A stretch of DNA of 64,000 nucleotides from an uncultured Saprospiraceae bacterium (GCA_937924495.1 CALDSS010000033.1:13624-77623); one strand, 5' to 3'; positions 37,710 to 48,342 are shown, counted from the first letter of the stretch. Numbers and translations are program-made. The notes: a model not told the origin generated them from the letters alone.

Positions 37710-40700
37710 TTAATCCACTTTCATCATTTTGGAAGTGTAAATTTTAAAGGAATTAATTGGAGTAACCTGGACTAAATAAATTCCAGATGGAATATCTTCA
37801 ATCTCAAACCATTGTTCAGAATTGAAATTTGTAACATTTTTTTTCCAAACAATTTGACCACTCATATTTTTCATCACAATATTCATGTCACCTTTATAGG
37901 AATGGACAATTTTAAGTTTATTTAAAAACGGATTTGGCATCGTCTGAAAAATATCGAAACCACTTGAGTGGTCTAAAGAACTAACTGTATCGAACCCATC
38001 ACAATCTTCATCAATTCCATTATTTGGAATTTCTATGGCATCAGGGTTGATATCTGGATTGCTATCATTACAGTCCTCATCAGAATTAAAGCCATCCATG
38101 TCGTCATCTATAACCAATGCTATTCCATCACAATCTTCATCAATATTATTATTCGGAATTTCCATTGCATTCGGGTTAATATCTGGATTCAAGTCATCGC
38201 AATCTTCATCTGAGTTAAAGCCATCCATATCTGCATCTATGATTGGCAATATTTGGATTACAACTTCCACAAAATCATCTGGACATACTGATTGATCTGT
38301 AATAGAATATTGAAAAACATAACGCCCACTTTGCAACCTTTGAAGGTATAGGGTGCCATTATTTGAGTTAAAATCAATACCTACAGGAATAGTCGATAAA
38401 TCAGTCCAAAGTCCGCCAACATCATAATTTTCTATAAGATCAAAAAGTGAAATGGTGGTATCTTTTCCTTCAACAAAAGAAGGAGAATGACTGACGGTTC
38501 CTGCGCTTAGCGCTTCGAAGATTAGAATGATTTGGGTTGAACTTGAAGGACAATTCGGTTGCGGGCTATTTAGCATAAACTGCAAATGGTATTCACCTGC
38601 AGGTGATCCTGTAGCATCAAAAATATTTGTAAAAATAGAGGCCGTAGCTCCATTCGGAGAAGAGAAGATAGTCCAGGTTCCAGATTCAGTAGTGAGTGTT
38701 AAATCGTTTAAATTAATTGTTGCATTTTGATTACAAAAAGGACCTGCACCAGTCGTTTCAACTGATGGACAAATAATTAAATCAACGCCATTGCAATCTT
38801 CATCAATATTGTTATTCGGAATTTCTGTTGCATCTGGGTTAATATCTGGGTTATTGTCATCGCAATCATCATCCGAATTGAAACCATCCATATCATCATC
38901 AATAATTAACGCAATCCCATCACAGTCCTCATCAATTTGATTGTTGGGAATCTCCATCGCATCGGGATTTATTAATGCATTCGTGTCATCGCAATCATCA
39001 TCCGAATTGAAGCCATCCATATCATCATCAATAATTAACGCAATCCCATCACAGTCCTCATCAATTGTATTGTTGGGAATCTCCATCGCATCGGGATTTA
39101 CTAATGCATTCGTGTCATCGCAATCTTCATCCGAATTGAAGCCATCCATATCATCATCAATAATTAACGCAATCCCATCGCAGTCCTCATCAATTGTATT
39201 GTTGGGAATCTCCATCGCATCGGGATTTACTAATGCATTTGTGTCATCGCAATCTTCATCCGAATTGAAGCCATCCATGTCATCATCAATAATTAACGCA
39301 ATCCCATCACAGTCCTCATCAATTGGATTGTTTGGAATCTCCATTGCATCGGGATTTATAGAACCATTCTGGTCATTACAATCATCCATACCAAATCCAT
39401 CTCCATCATTATCCGATTCATAAATTTCAAAACCATCAATAGCTGCTTCTACAATATGACCAGGATCAGCATCTCCTGTTTCGAAAACCAAACGCATATC
39501 AGAAGTAAGTGGAAGTTTATCTTTTAGTGATAAATCAAAGTCAATCCAATTTCCATCCGAAGTAGAAGTTGATAAAATGGTAGCTGTTTCTACTCCATTA
39601 AATAATCTGACGGTAAGAAAATCATTAGGGGTTCCTTGACCTTCTGCATTTACAAACCAATAAGAAAATTTGATATGCGGGACATTATATATTGTCAAAT
39701 CTATACTCGGGGAGGTTAGCACAACATTTCCACCATCTACATCATTAGCTCCTGCTGGTTCTCCTGAGGAACCAATACCTGTCAAGTAACAATTATCACC
39801 AAAATCACCTGGTAAATCCTCATTCGGTGCCGAAGGAGTACCATCCATCAAAGTAGTACTTTCAGGGATTCCTCGTTCCCAGTGCCCTGAGCTAACAGTA
39901 GGTAATGAAAAAGGAGTCCACCCATAGTCAAATAAAAAATCATCAATATAACCTCTCTCAAGCTCAATCTCTATTTCGGCTCCATCCCGAACATCAACCA
40001 AAAAATTAGAATACTGGTATCCCCAACTTCCGCTAAATAATTCATATTCACCGACGGGTACATTATTCAATTGAATCTGACCTGAATTATTTGTTACAGC
40101 TTCAAAATCTCCAAAGAAATCTTTCATAATCACATTTGCATTTGGAAGCGGACTTCCGCTATCCAAATCGTAAACTGTACCAGTTATAGAAACTAATTGC
40201 GACGGTTCTAATTCCACATTTAAAATAGTCAACACTCCATTTTCTAAAGTTGCAGTTACAGCTTTAGGTCGATAACCTGCTTTTTGAAAAGTAACTGTAA
40301 AATCTCCACTTAATACCTGACCTGTTTCATAAGTTCCATTATTCGCAGTGGTCGATGAATTTACTTGATCTGAAATAATCTCCACCGAAACATCGGACAA
40401 AGCAATTCCTGAACCTTTTTCGGTAACCGTACCTTCCAACCAACATGCTCTTTTATAAGTTGGAACAGTTACAACTAATCCATTTTGCCGGTCAGAAAGC
40501 AATACAGTCCTTGAAGGCAAAAATGGATAGGCACCCCAGACACCACTCGAACCACCATTCGCTCCAAAGAAGGAGTCAAAGTTTCCTACCTCAATTAAAT
40601 TTGAAGGACGAGAAGCATCAACTACTCTTCCTCCATCTGTATAGTAAGAAATAATCAAGTAGTCATTCAATGTATGAACATTATGCGGAATAGTCCCTGT

Positions 40701-41507
40701 GCCTAACGAAGTCAATGGTCGGTATTCATCTAAAAGTTCAATATCATCGAGATCTGAAATATCGTAAGCTGCAACAGAAGCGTTTCTGCGTTCATCAGTT
40801 GTAAAAAGAACTTGACTATTATCTGAAAGCCAAGCGTTGTGTGTAAAATTGAAAGGTGTCCTTTGTCTAGCAAGTTCAATAGTGTTCCTTTTGTCTGAAA
40901 TATCATAAACTGCAAATTCACCTCTGTTGATTTCAGAAGTGTACATTATATCTCCCCTCGCATAAATATCATGATTATATATCGCAGGTCCCCAACTGAT
41001 TACTTGCGGATTGGATGGATCGGTATCCACATCTACATAAATTGCGCCACCAGAATTCAAATTTGAACCACTTAAATAAAGTATTCCGTTTTCATCAACA
41101 AACAAATTATGAATTGAGGAAAGCTTTCCAAGGCCTGGAATATCTGGTTCCCATTGGTAGGCTGAAACGGACCCTGGCAAATTCGACATATCAATAACAG
41201 TCACCCCATCTCCAGATTCATTGCTGACATAAGCATGATCTTTCCATGATTTTATATCTCTCCAAGTTGAAGGAATACCAGGAATATTTGCGATCTCTCT
41301 TGCATTATAAGGATCGGTTACTTCTACAATTGAGACTCCATTTACTAATCCTACTATTGCGTATTCGTTCCCATTTTCATCATGCCAACCCCAAACATCA
41401 TTCAGCGTAGCTGAGTAATCTATTTGACTACCCAATTCCATATTAAGTTGAGCATTTGAAACAGAATAAGAAAAAATAAGAGCAAGATGAAGTAAGATTT
41501 TTTTCAT
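37710..41507 (-). CDS. large secreted multidomain protein: LVIVD-repeat propeller, CarboxypepD_reg-like domains, Cys/Asp-rich metal-binding-motif repeats, T9SS CTD
   Basis: 'GVSIVEVTDP', 'GVTVIDMSN', 'FAVYDISD' and 'VAAYDISD' are LVIVD-type repeats. There are 7 copies of 'DGFNSDEDCDD.N..INPDA.EIPNN.IDEDCDG'. C-terminus 'MPNPF....GIYLVQV'. Confidence 0.75.
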   Translation of the reverse strand: MKKILLHLALIFSYSVSNAQLNMELGSQIDYSATLNDVWGWHDENGNEYAIVGLVNGVSIVEVTDPYNAREIANIPGIPSTWRDIKSWKDHAYVSNESGDGVTVIDMSNLPGSVSAYQWEPDIPGLGKLSSIHNLFVDENGILYLSGSNLNSGGAIYVDVDTDPSNPQVISWGPAIYNHDIYARGDIMYTSEINRGEFAVYDISDKRNTIELARQRTPFNFTHNAWLSDNSQVLFTTDERRNASVAAYDISDLDDIELLDEYRPLTSLGTGTIPHNVHTLNDYLIISYYTDGGRVVDASRPSNLIEVGNFDSFFGANGGSSGVWGAYPFLPSRTVLLSDRQNGLVVTVPTYKRACWLEGTVTEKGSGIALSDVSVEIISDQVNSSTTANNGTYETGQVLSGDFTVTFQKAGYRPKAVTATLENGVLTILNVELEPSQLVSITGTVYDLDSGSPLPNANVIMKDFFGDFEAVTNNSGQIQLNNVPVGEYELFSGSWGYQYSNFLVDVRDGAEIEIELERGYIDDFLFDYGWTPFSLPTVSSGHWERGIPESTTLMDGTPSAPNEDLPGDFGDNCYLTGIGSSGEPAGANDVDGGNVVLTSPSIDLTIYNVPHIKFSYWFVNAEGQGTPNDFLTVRLFNGVETATILSTSTSDGNWIDFDLSLKDKLPLTSDMRLVFETGDADPGHIVEAAIDGFEIYESDNDGDGFGMDDCNDQNGSINPDAMEIPNNPIDEDCDGIALIIDDDMDGFNSDEDCDDTNALVNPDAMEIPNNTIDEDCDGIALIIDDDMDGFNSDEDCDDTNALVNPDAMEIPNNTIDEDCDGIALIIDDDMDGFNSDDDCDDTNALINPDAMEIPNNQIDEDCDGIALIIDDDMDGFNSDDDCDDNNPDINPDATEIPNNNIDEDCNGVDLIICPSVETTGAGPFCNQNATINLNDLTLTTESGTWTIFSSPNGATASIFTNIFDATGSPAGEYHLQFMLNSPQPNCPSSSTQIILIFEALSAGTVSHSPSFVEGKDTTISLFDLIENYDVGGLWTDLSTIPVGIDFNSNNGTLYLQRLQSGRYVFQYSITDQSVCPDDFVEVVIQILPIIDADMDGFNSDEDCDDLNPDINPNAMEIPNNNIDEDCDGIALVIDDDMDGFNSDEDCNDSNPDINPDAIEIPNNGIDEDCDGFDTVSSLDHSSGFDIFQTMPNPFLNKLKIVHSYKGDMNIVMKNMSGQIVWKKNVTNFNSEQWFEIEDIPSGIYLVQVTPINSFKIYTSKMMKVD
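38775..39410 (-). repeat. five tandem 129-bp (43-aa) coding repeats, near-identical at nucleotide level
   Basis: The units 'DGFNSDEDCDDTNALVNPDAMEIPNNTIDEDCDGIALIIDDDM' differ from each other by only a few nucleotides. Two more diverged copies lie at about 37990-38245. Confidence 0.8.
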
Positions 41508-41684
41508 AATAACAGTGGTGATTTATTTTATTTGTTTTTTCAAACATTTTGAAACTGTAGAAATCAAATCAAATAGAAGGCATAAATCTACATCTTCCAA
41601 TTTTTATTTTAAAACCCAGTTTTCTGGTTCTTGGAATGGAAAGAAACCTGATTTTGTAAGAGAATCGGAACGTTTGTCAATAGC

Positions 41685-41726
41685 AAAAAGCGGCGATCTC
41701 GAACAAGGTCGAAATCGCCGCTTTTG
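41685..41726 (-). terminator. Rho-independent terminator of the nqr operon
   Basis: AGCGGCGAT-(16 nt)-ATCGCCGCT. On the minus strand the stem is followed by TTTTT. It sits about 25 nt after the nqrF stop. Confidence 0.65.
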
Positions 41727-41748
41727 GAGCCATTAATAATTTTTGGAA

Positions 41749-43071
41749 TTATCCACCAAAATCATCAAATGCTACATTTTCTTCAGGAATACCCCAGTCA
41801 TCAGCCATTTTTAAAACGCACTGATTCATGATAGGAGGTCCACAGAAGTATAATTCTAAATCTTCTGGTGCTGGGTGTTTGCTTAGGAATTCGTCAATTA
41901 CCACTTGGTGAACGTATCCTTTAAATCCATCACCATTCGGGTCATCAATATGTTCTTTCAACACCCAATTATCTTCAGGAAGTGGATTATCCAAAGCTAC
42001 AGCAAATCTGAAATTTGGAAATTCCTTTTCAATTTCTCTAAATTCTTGGATATAAAATAACTCTTGTTTTGTTCTACCACCATAAAAGAAAGTAACTTTT
42101 CTACCTGTCTTCAACGTGTGGAACAAATGATACAAGTGTGAACGCATCGGTGCCATTCCAGCTCCACCCCCTACATACAACATTTCGTTTTCAGTAGGTT
42201 TGATGAAGAACTCACCATAAGGGCCTGAGATAGTTACCTTATCTCCTGGTTTTCTACCAAAAACATAGGAAGAACAAATACCAGGATTCACATCCATCCA
42301 TCCACCTTTCGCTCTATCAAACGGTGGTGTTGCGATTCTGATCGTCAACGAAACGATGTTTCCTTCTGCTGGGTGATTACTCATTGAGTAGGCACGGAAA
42401 ATTTCATCATCATTCTTCATTTTCAAATCCCATAACTTGAACTTATCCCAATCTTTCTGGAATTTATCTACTGAATCATGGTATTTTGGATGCGCATCAA
42501 TATTGATATCCTTTTTGTAGTCAACTACTGTTTTAGGAACATCAATTTGGATATATCCACCTGCTTCGAAGTCAAGCGTTTCACCTTCTGGTAATTTCAC
42601 GATGAACTCCTTTATAAAAGTTGCCACGTTATAGTTTGAAATTACTTCACACTCCCATTTCTTAATTCCAAAAATCTCTTCTGGGATACGAACTTCCATG
42701 TCCTCACGCACTTTAACCTGACAGGACAAACGCATGTTTTCCGCTGCTTCTTTCCGCGAAATGTGATTCAGTTCGGTTGGAAGAATTTCTCCCCCACCTG
42801 CATCAACGTGACATTCGCACATTGCACAAGTTCCACCACCACCACAAGCAGAAGGTAGGAAAATATTCTTCTCAGACAAGGCAGTCAACAAAGTTGCACC
42901 TGGTTGAGTAATAATTGGATTTTCTGTATCTCCGTTGATAATGATCTTTACGTCTCCTTGAGGAACCAATTGCTTTCTCGCAGCAATTAGCATAAACGAC
43001 ATTAATAAAATTAATAAACTGAAGACTACAACTGCAATCAGAATGTTGCCTATTACAGATAGAATAATCAT
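41749..43071 (-). CDS. nqrF: Na+-translocating NADH:quinone oxidoreductase subunit F
   Basis: N-terminal TM, 2Fe-2S motif 'CGGGGTCAMCEC', FAD motif 'RAYSMSN' and NADH motif 'YVGGGAGMAP'. Confidence 0.95.
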   Translation of the reverse strand: MIILSVIGNILIAVVVFSLLILLMSFMLIAARKQLVPQGDVKIIINGDTENPIITQPGATLLTALSEKNIFLPSACGGGGTCAMCECHVDAGGGEILPTELNHISRKEAAENMRLSCQVKVREDMEVRIPEEIFGIKKWECEVISNYNVATFIKEFIVKLPEGETLDFEAGGYIQIDVPKTVVDYKKDINIDAHPKYHDSVDKFQKDWDKFKLWDLKMKNDDEIFRAYSMSNHPAEGNIVSLTIRIATPPFDRAKGGWMDVNPGICSSYVFGRKPGDKVTISGPYGEFFIKPTENEMLYVGGGAGMAPMRSHLYHLFHTLKTGRKVTFFYGGRTKQELFYIQEFREIEKEFPNFRFAVALDNPLPEDNWVLKEHIDDPNGDGFKGYVHQVVIDEFLSKHPAPEDLELYFCGPPIMNQCVLKMADDWGIPEENVAFDDFGG

Positions 43072-43194
43072 TTAATAAAAATTTATTTTTTTTTAAGATT
43101 TGAGATATTAAAACACTTTGCTTTAGATTTTAGACTTAAGTAAAAGTTTGCCTTTGTCTATTTTCTAATATCTAAATATCTCCTGTCTTACTAT

Positions 43195-43797
43195 TTATTG
43201 GCCTAACGCTGCTGGATCGATACCCATCAAACTCATGAAGGCAATTCCCATTAAACCAGTCAAGATGAATGCCATTCCTAATCCTCTTAATGCTGGCGGT
43301 ACATTTGAGTACCTGATTTTCTCACGAATTGCAGCCAGTGCTACCACCGCTAAAAACCATCCAAAACCACCACCCAATGCAAAGGCTGTTGACTCCATCA
43401 AGTTATATTCACGAGAAACCATGAAAAGAGAACCACCTAAGATTGCACAGTTTACCGTAATTAGGGGCAGGAAAATACCCAGGGCGGTATAGAGTGCGGG
43501 CGAAAACTTTTCAATAACCATTTCAACCAATTGCACCATCGATGCAATTACTGCAATAAAGAGAATAAACCTTAAGAAGGTTAGATCCATACCCATTACA
43601 TCTTCTGTAAGAATATGTTCATTAATTAGCCAATTAATTGGCATCGTGATAGCCAAAACAAAAATTACAGCCATACCAAGACCAAAAGCAGTTTTCACTG
43701 TTTTTGATACTGCCAAGTAAGAACACATTCCGAAAAAGTAGGATAAAACCAAGTTTTCGATGAATGCCGTTTTTATGAAAATATTTATAAAGTCCAT
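43195..43797 (-). CDS. nqrE: Na+-NQR subunit E
   Basis: Six-TM Rnf/Nqr E-type protein with '[14 protein letters not shown]'. It occupies the expected position in the operon. Confidence 0.9.
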   Translation of the reverse strand: MDFINIFIKTAFIENLVLSYFFGMCSYLAVSKTVKTAFGLGMAVIFVLAITMPINWLINEHILTEDVMGMDLTFLRFILFIAVIASMVQLVEMVIEKFSPALYTALGIFLPLITVNCAILGGSLFMVSREYNLMESTAFALGGGFGWFLAVVALAAIREKIRYSNVPPALRGLGMAFILTGLMGIAFMSLMGIDPAALGQ

Positions 43798-43859
43798 TTA
43801 GGAATTTTTTCAAAAATTATTGAAAATAAGAATGAAATCTGTCATTCTGATTTTAATTT

Positions 43860-44528
43860 CTACGATACATCAACCAATTTAGGATTCCATGCTCTTTGAA
43901 TCCAAATCAAAACACCAATAACTAAAAGTGCCGAAGCTGGCAAAACCATCAAGTTATTATTAAAATATCCTGCATCATAAAATGACTGTGGGAAAATTGG
44001 AATCCCAACTAAAGCTCCTTTTCCAGTCAATTCACGAATAGCAGCAACTAATAATAAAATTGCACCATAGCCCAAACCGTTTCCAATTCCATCAAGGAAA
44101 GAACGCCAAGGTTTGTTTGCCAAAGCAAATGCTTCCAAACGTCCCATGATGATACAGTTGGTGATAATTAAACCGATAAAAACAGAGAGTTGCTTATAAA
44201 TTGGATAGTTGAATGCTTTTAAAACAAGCTCTACTACTGTTACCAATGTGGCAATAATTACCAATTGAACAATCATCCGAATTTGCTTCGGAATATGATT
44301 TCTGATAATTGAAGTGGTTAAGTTTGAAAAAGCACAAACAAAAATCACCGCAATTGCCATTACGAAAGAAGGAACAATCTGAGTAGTTACTGCCAATGCT
44401 GAACAAATCCCTAATACTTGAACTGTAATCGGATTATTATCGTTGAGCGGGTCGGTAATTAACCTTCTTTCCTTCTTACCAAATAATGGTTCCTTAACTT
44501 GAGGAGTAGCTGTTGCTGTATCAGCCAT
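43860..44528 (-). CDS. nqrD: Na+-NQR subunit D
   Basis: 'NNPI.VQVLGICSALAVT' is the typical NqrD/RnfE motif. It occupies the expected position in the operon. Confidence 0.9.
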   Translation of the reverse strand: MADTATATPQVKEPLFGKKERRLITDPLNDNNPITVQVLGICSALAVTTQIVPSFVMAIAVIFVCAFSNLTTSIIRNHIPKQIRMIVQLVIIATLVTVVELVLKAFNYPIYKQLSVFIGLIITNCIIMGRLEAFALANKPWRSFLDGIGNGLGYGAILLLVAAIRELTGKGALVGIPIFPQSFYDAGYFNNNLMVLPASALLVIGVLIWIQRAWNPKLVDVS

Positions 44529-44572
44529 ATTATTTTTTTATTTAAAAGATTGAAAAATTGGTTGAATGAATT

Positions 44573-45298
44573 TTACTTCATTCCAATCTTACTGTCTGAT
44601 TTGATTTTATCTAAATATGGTTCGTAATATTCCAACCATTTTACAACCATATCTCCAACACCGTCTCCTGTTATGGTAGCTCCAGAAATACCATCTACTG
44701 TGTTGGTGTTTGGTTTTGCTGGGCCTTTCGCCACCATTACTGGATTGTAGGTACCATCTAAATCGTAAATCGTTTTGCCGATAAAGTTTGCAGAAAAACT
44801 TTCGTTGTCCTTGATTTCTGCACCAAGACCGGGTGTTTCTCCCTTGTGATCAAAAGATGCACCAGCAATGGTTCTCAAATCACTTTCTAAGGCAATGTAA
44901 CCCCAGATATCGTCCCATAAACCTTTACCGCGAGTGGATAAAATATAGTAAGACTTACCTCCTGTTGTGTATTTAAAAAAAGGTAAAATTCTATCGGCCT
45001 CAGGTTTCTTGCGTTCTTGAGCTAAATCAACTTTATCTGCTTGGATATCTTTGAGGGTATTCCCCTTCATATCAATGGCAATTTGGTCAATTTCATCAAA
45101 AATGGATAAAACTTGATCGTCAGTTAAATTCTCATAATCATCTACATAATTTTTAACCGCACCAAGAATTGCTCTTTTATTAAATACCTCCTCTCCCTTC
45201 TTGGCCATTGGAGCTGTTGCGTAAAACAGACCTGCCAAGATAAAAGCAGAAATAGAGGTCATTATCAATGAAAAAATTATAACTTTTGTAGTTGACAT
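44573..45298 (-). CDS. nqrC: Na+-NQR subunit C
   Basis: N-terminal TM, 'ETPGLGAEI' and the covalent-FMN motif 'ISGATITG'. Confidence 0.9.
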   Translation of the reverse strand: MSTTKVIIFSLIMTSISAFILAGLFYATAPMAKKGEEVFNKRAILGAVKNYVDDYENLTDDQVLSIFDEIDQIAIDMKGNTLKDIQADKVDLAQERKKPEADRILPFFKYTTGGKSYYILSTRGKGLWDDIWGYIALESDLRTIAGASFDHKGETPGLGAEIKDNESFSANFIGKTIYDLDGTYNPVMVAKGPAKPNTNTVDGISGATITGDGVGDMVVKWLEYYEPYLDKIKSDSKIGMK

Positions 45299-45318
45299 AT
45301 TTTTTAATTCTTTCTAAA

Positions 45319-46671
45319 TTAATGAACTTTTTCAACCATGGTTTGCTCGACTGAAACAGATTCTGCTACACTCTTTTTAGCTCTTTTCAACCTTCTTGAA
45401 ATGTTTGCATCCAAGACCATGTGATCAATCAATGGAGCAAATACGTTCATGAATAAAATTGCTAACATCCATCCTTCTGGGTATGCTGGGTTCCAAACAC
45501 GCACAATCATTCCGACCATCCCAATAAAGAATCCGTAGAACCATTTCCCAGTATTTGTTGAAGATGCAGTTACTGGGTCAGTTGCCATAAATGCCATTGC
45601 AAATAAAAAGCTACCCATATAAATATGATAATACCATGGAACTGTCATAAATGGTGAAGTTCCCATTGCATTCATAATCATGCCTGTGAACATCATACCC
45701 AAAAACATAGATAACATGATTCTCCAGCTTGCAATTTTTGACGATAGTAAAATCAAAATTCCAACGATAATCAATGGCTTGCAAGATTCGCCAATTGAAC
45801 CAGGAATTGCTCCCCAAAACATTTGTAAAGGTGAGTAAACTGAAGTCACGGCTTCCCATCCTCCTGCGGCAGCTAATGTTCCTTCAGCAGCAAAAGAATT
45901 TCCATTAGCAGCCAAAATTAATGGCGTTGCTCCTGAGTAACCATCCACAACGACGGCCGAGGCATTATAGGTTGCCCAGCCTAAATTCTCGAATATTCCA
46001 TTGAAGAATCCAGTCTGCCACCAGCTATAATCTACTGGACTTCCTGCTGCAAATCCCTCCAATCCTGCGACCCAAGCTTCGTCACCTGAAATAGTAGTTG
46101 GATATGCGAAGAAGATAAATGCTCTACATAATAAGGCTACATTTAGAATATTCATTCCTGTACCACCAAATGCTTCTTTCCCAATAATTACAGCGAAAGC
46201 TACTGATATTGCTAAAATCCATAATGGAATGTCAGGTGGCATGATCAATGGAATCAATGCTCCTGAGACCAAGTATCCTTCCTCAATTCCATGACCTTTC
46301 TTGGCAGCGAACCAAAACTCAATGGCCAAACCAACAACGTTTGCCACGATAAAAATCGGCAGCAGTTTAACTAATCCGTAAGCTAATTTCAGGTGAATCC
46401 CTTCAAGGAAACCAGTATATTCGCCAATAGCTACAAAATGCTGGTGCCCGATATTGTAAGTTCCGAAAAGGTAACAGGCTTGCATCGCGAGAACCACATG
46501 AATCATAGTACGTTTTAAATCCATTCCATCACGTACGTGTACTCCACTTTCGTCAGTTGTATGATTAGGTGTGAAAAGAAAAGTGAAGAACCCATCAAAT
46601 AAGGTGTGCAAAAAAGGAGATTCTTTTTTACCTGGGTCTAATTTCTTAATATTTTCAGCTAATTTACTCAT
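45319..46671 (-). CDS. nqrB: Na+-NQR subunit B
   Basis: Polytopic membrane protein with FMN attachment motif 'YSGATPL' and 'MATDPVT'. Confidence 0.9.
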   Translation of the reverse strand: MSKLAENIKKLDPGKKESPFLHTLFDGFFTFLFTPNHTTDESGVHVRDGMDLKRTMIHVVLAMQACYLFGTYNIGHQHFVAIGEYTGFLEGIHLKLAYGLVKLLPIFIVANVVGLAIEFWFAAKKGHGIEEGYLVSGALIPLIMPPDIPLWILAISVAFAVIIGKEAFGGTGMNILNVALLCRAFIFFAYPTTISGDEAWVAGLEGFAAGSPVDYSWWQTGFFNGIFENLGWATYNASAVVVDGYSGATPLILAANGNSFAAEGTLAAAGGWEAVTSVYSPLQMFWGAIPGSIGESCKPLIIVGILILLSSKIASWRIMLSMFLGMMFTGMIMNAMGTSPFMTVPWYYHIYMGSFLFAMAFMATDPVTASSTNTGKWFYGFFIGMVGMIVRVWNPAYPEGWMLAILFMNVFAPLIDHMVLDANISRRLKRAKKSVAESVSVEQTMVEKVH

Positions 46672-46719
46672 ATCTAAAATAGTAAAATTATTGAATTTAA
46701 CTCCTGAACTATCAAATAA

Positions 46720-48342
46720 TTACATTTGCTCTTGAACGTAATCTAAACCGTCTCTCAATATCTTTTGTAGTGGTTGTTTTGAAGTACAAACGAACTCACA
46801 AATTGCAATATCTTCTTCTACCAATTCATAAATACCAAGACCTTCCATTTGTTCAAAATCATTGGCCAAAATTGCTTTCATCAAATGCTGAGGATAAATA
46901 TCCATAGGCAAAACATCCTCGTATTGACCACTCATCACGAAAGCCCTTCTTTCACCATGCATATTCGTATCCGCCTTAAATTTTGTATCTCCAAATTTAA
47001 AAAATGTTGGTGATAAACTTGGACGACCGTGTTGAGGAAGAATCCATCCAAACATCTCGTAATAATCACCTTCTTCAAGAGAGGTTACTTGATCATCCCA
47101 CACATTTAGGAATTGATCTGCAGTCTTTTTCTTACCCGTCAAAACATCACCTGAAAGCACTCTTGCATTGTCATTTGTAAGATTTCCTGAAATCAAATCT
47201 CCAATATTTGCCCCTGATTTTGTTCTAACGTGAGTTTGATTTTTAAATTCAGAACCAGTTAAAGCAACTAATTTAGTTGTATCCCAAACTCCCTCTAAAA
47301 ACAAGTTTCCTATTGTAAGAACATCTTGAAGGTTGACAGTAAACACAGTATCTCCACTACCAATTGGAGCGGTGTGGTGAATTTGTACACCTACATTTCC
47401 AGCTGGGTGCTTACCCATAAAGTATTTCTTCACACAGTTCTCCGCATTGGCAAATTCAGCTGCAATACTTTCATCTCCAGCATTCAACCCCAAATAAACA
47501 TTTCCTGAGGTTAAATAACCCAATGCTTCCAAACCTGCGTTCAAATCATCCCCTCTTCCTGCAACTGCCAAATTTAAATTTGGAGACAATGGAGCTGAAT
47601 CGAATGAAGAAACGAAAATGTTTTTTGGTGTCAATTTTGGATCAGCCACTACGTTAAATGGTCTTTGTCGCAACAGTGTCCATGCACCGCTTTCTAACAT
47701 AAAAGATTTAACAGCTTCACGGTTGGTTTTATCCAAGTCAGGAGCGGCAAATTTTTTATATTGTTGTTCTTTATCAGCAAGAAAAACCAATTCGATAATT
47801 GCTCTTTTTGCGCCTCTATTCAATTTAATATATTCGCCACTTACTGGGGCGACATATTTGACATCGGGGTTTGACTTGTCGTAATAAATGACATCGCCTG
47901 CTTTGACACTATCGCCCTCATTCACAACAACTTTCGGAATTGGGGCATTGCCTCTGTAGTCGGTTGGCTGTAAGGCAAAAGTCTTTACGTGTATATCCTG
48001 TATTTGATTGTCAGCGTCCCCTACCAAGTCCAGTTCGAATCCTTTTGTAAATACTTTAGCCCCTTTTCCAGCAGCATGAGCAGGTACTTTTGGAGCAAAC
48101 AACTCATTAACTGAGGGAAAAATTCCCATGTTCACCTCTTCATCCACTCCTGCCTTTTGAGCCTCCATAGAAACAACATTTTCACCAACCAGCGTAACTG
48201 CTCCTAAGATAAGAAGTACTACGATAGCTGCTAAAACAGTGATTAGTAAAGAGGACCCGTATTGCCCAGTTTGAGCCTGAAGAGGAAGGGAGATTGCAAC
48301 GGCGGTTATAATAAGGGTGAGCCTGATTAATCCGTTTTTCAA
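46720..48342 (-). CDS. nqrA: Na+-NQR subunit A with an unusual ~95-aa hydrophobic N-terminal extension (start uncertain)
   Basis: From 'KVFTKGFELDLVGD' onward it aligns with canonical NqrA ('IKKGLDLPIAG', 'VSGEYIKLNRGAKR', 'HPAGNVGVQIH', 'CEFVCTSK'). The preceding 95 aa are in frame with no stop. Confidence 0.85.
   Translation of the reverse strand: MKNGLIRLTLIITAVAISLPLQAQTGQYGSSLLITVLAAIVVLLILGAVTLVGENVVSMEAQKAGVDEEVNMGIFPSVNELFAPKVPAHAAGKGAKVFTKGFELDLVGDADNQIQDIHVKTFALQPTDYRGNAPIPKVVVNEGDSVKAGDVIYYDKSNPDVKYVAPVSGEYIKLNRGAKRAIIELVFLADKEQQYKKFAAPDLDKTNREAVKSFMLESGAWTLLRQRPFNVVADPKLTPKNIFVSSFDSAPLSPNLNLAVAGRGDDLNAGLEALGYLTSGNVYLGLNAGDESIAAEFANAENCVKKYFMGKHPAGNVGVQIHHTAPIGSGDTVFTVNLQDVLTIGNLFLEGVWDTTKLVALTGSEFKNQTHVRTKSGANIGDLISGNLTNDNARVLSGDVLTGKKKTADQFLNVWDDQVTSLEEGDYYEMFGWILPQHGRPSLSPTFFKFGDTKFKADTNMHGERRAFVMSGQYEDVLPMDIYPQHLMKAILANDFEQMEGLGIYELVEEDIAICEFVCTSKQPLQKILRDGLDYVQEQM

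Noticed and set aside
41515-41736. 73-aa + strand ORF in the gap between the LVIVD gene and nqrF
   Set aside because: It has no recognisable motifs and a basic low-complexity composition, and it runs through the nqr terminator hairpin. The gap more likely holds the promoter of the LVIVD gene and the nqr terminator.
43072-43194. 123-bp very AT-rich gap inside the nqr operon (between nqrE and nqrF), considered as an internal promoter or small RNA
   Set aside because: It has no TAnnTTTG box in the right orientation, no stable hairpin and no ORF. There is not enough signal to call anything.
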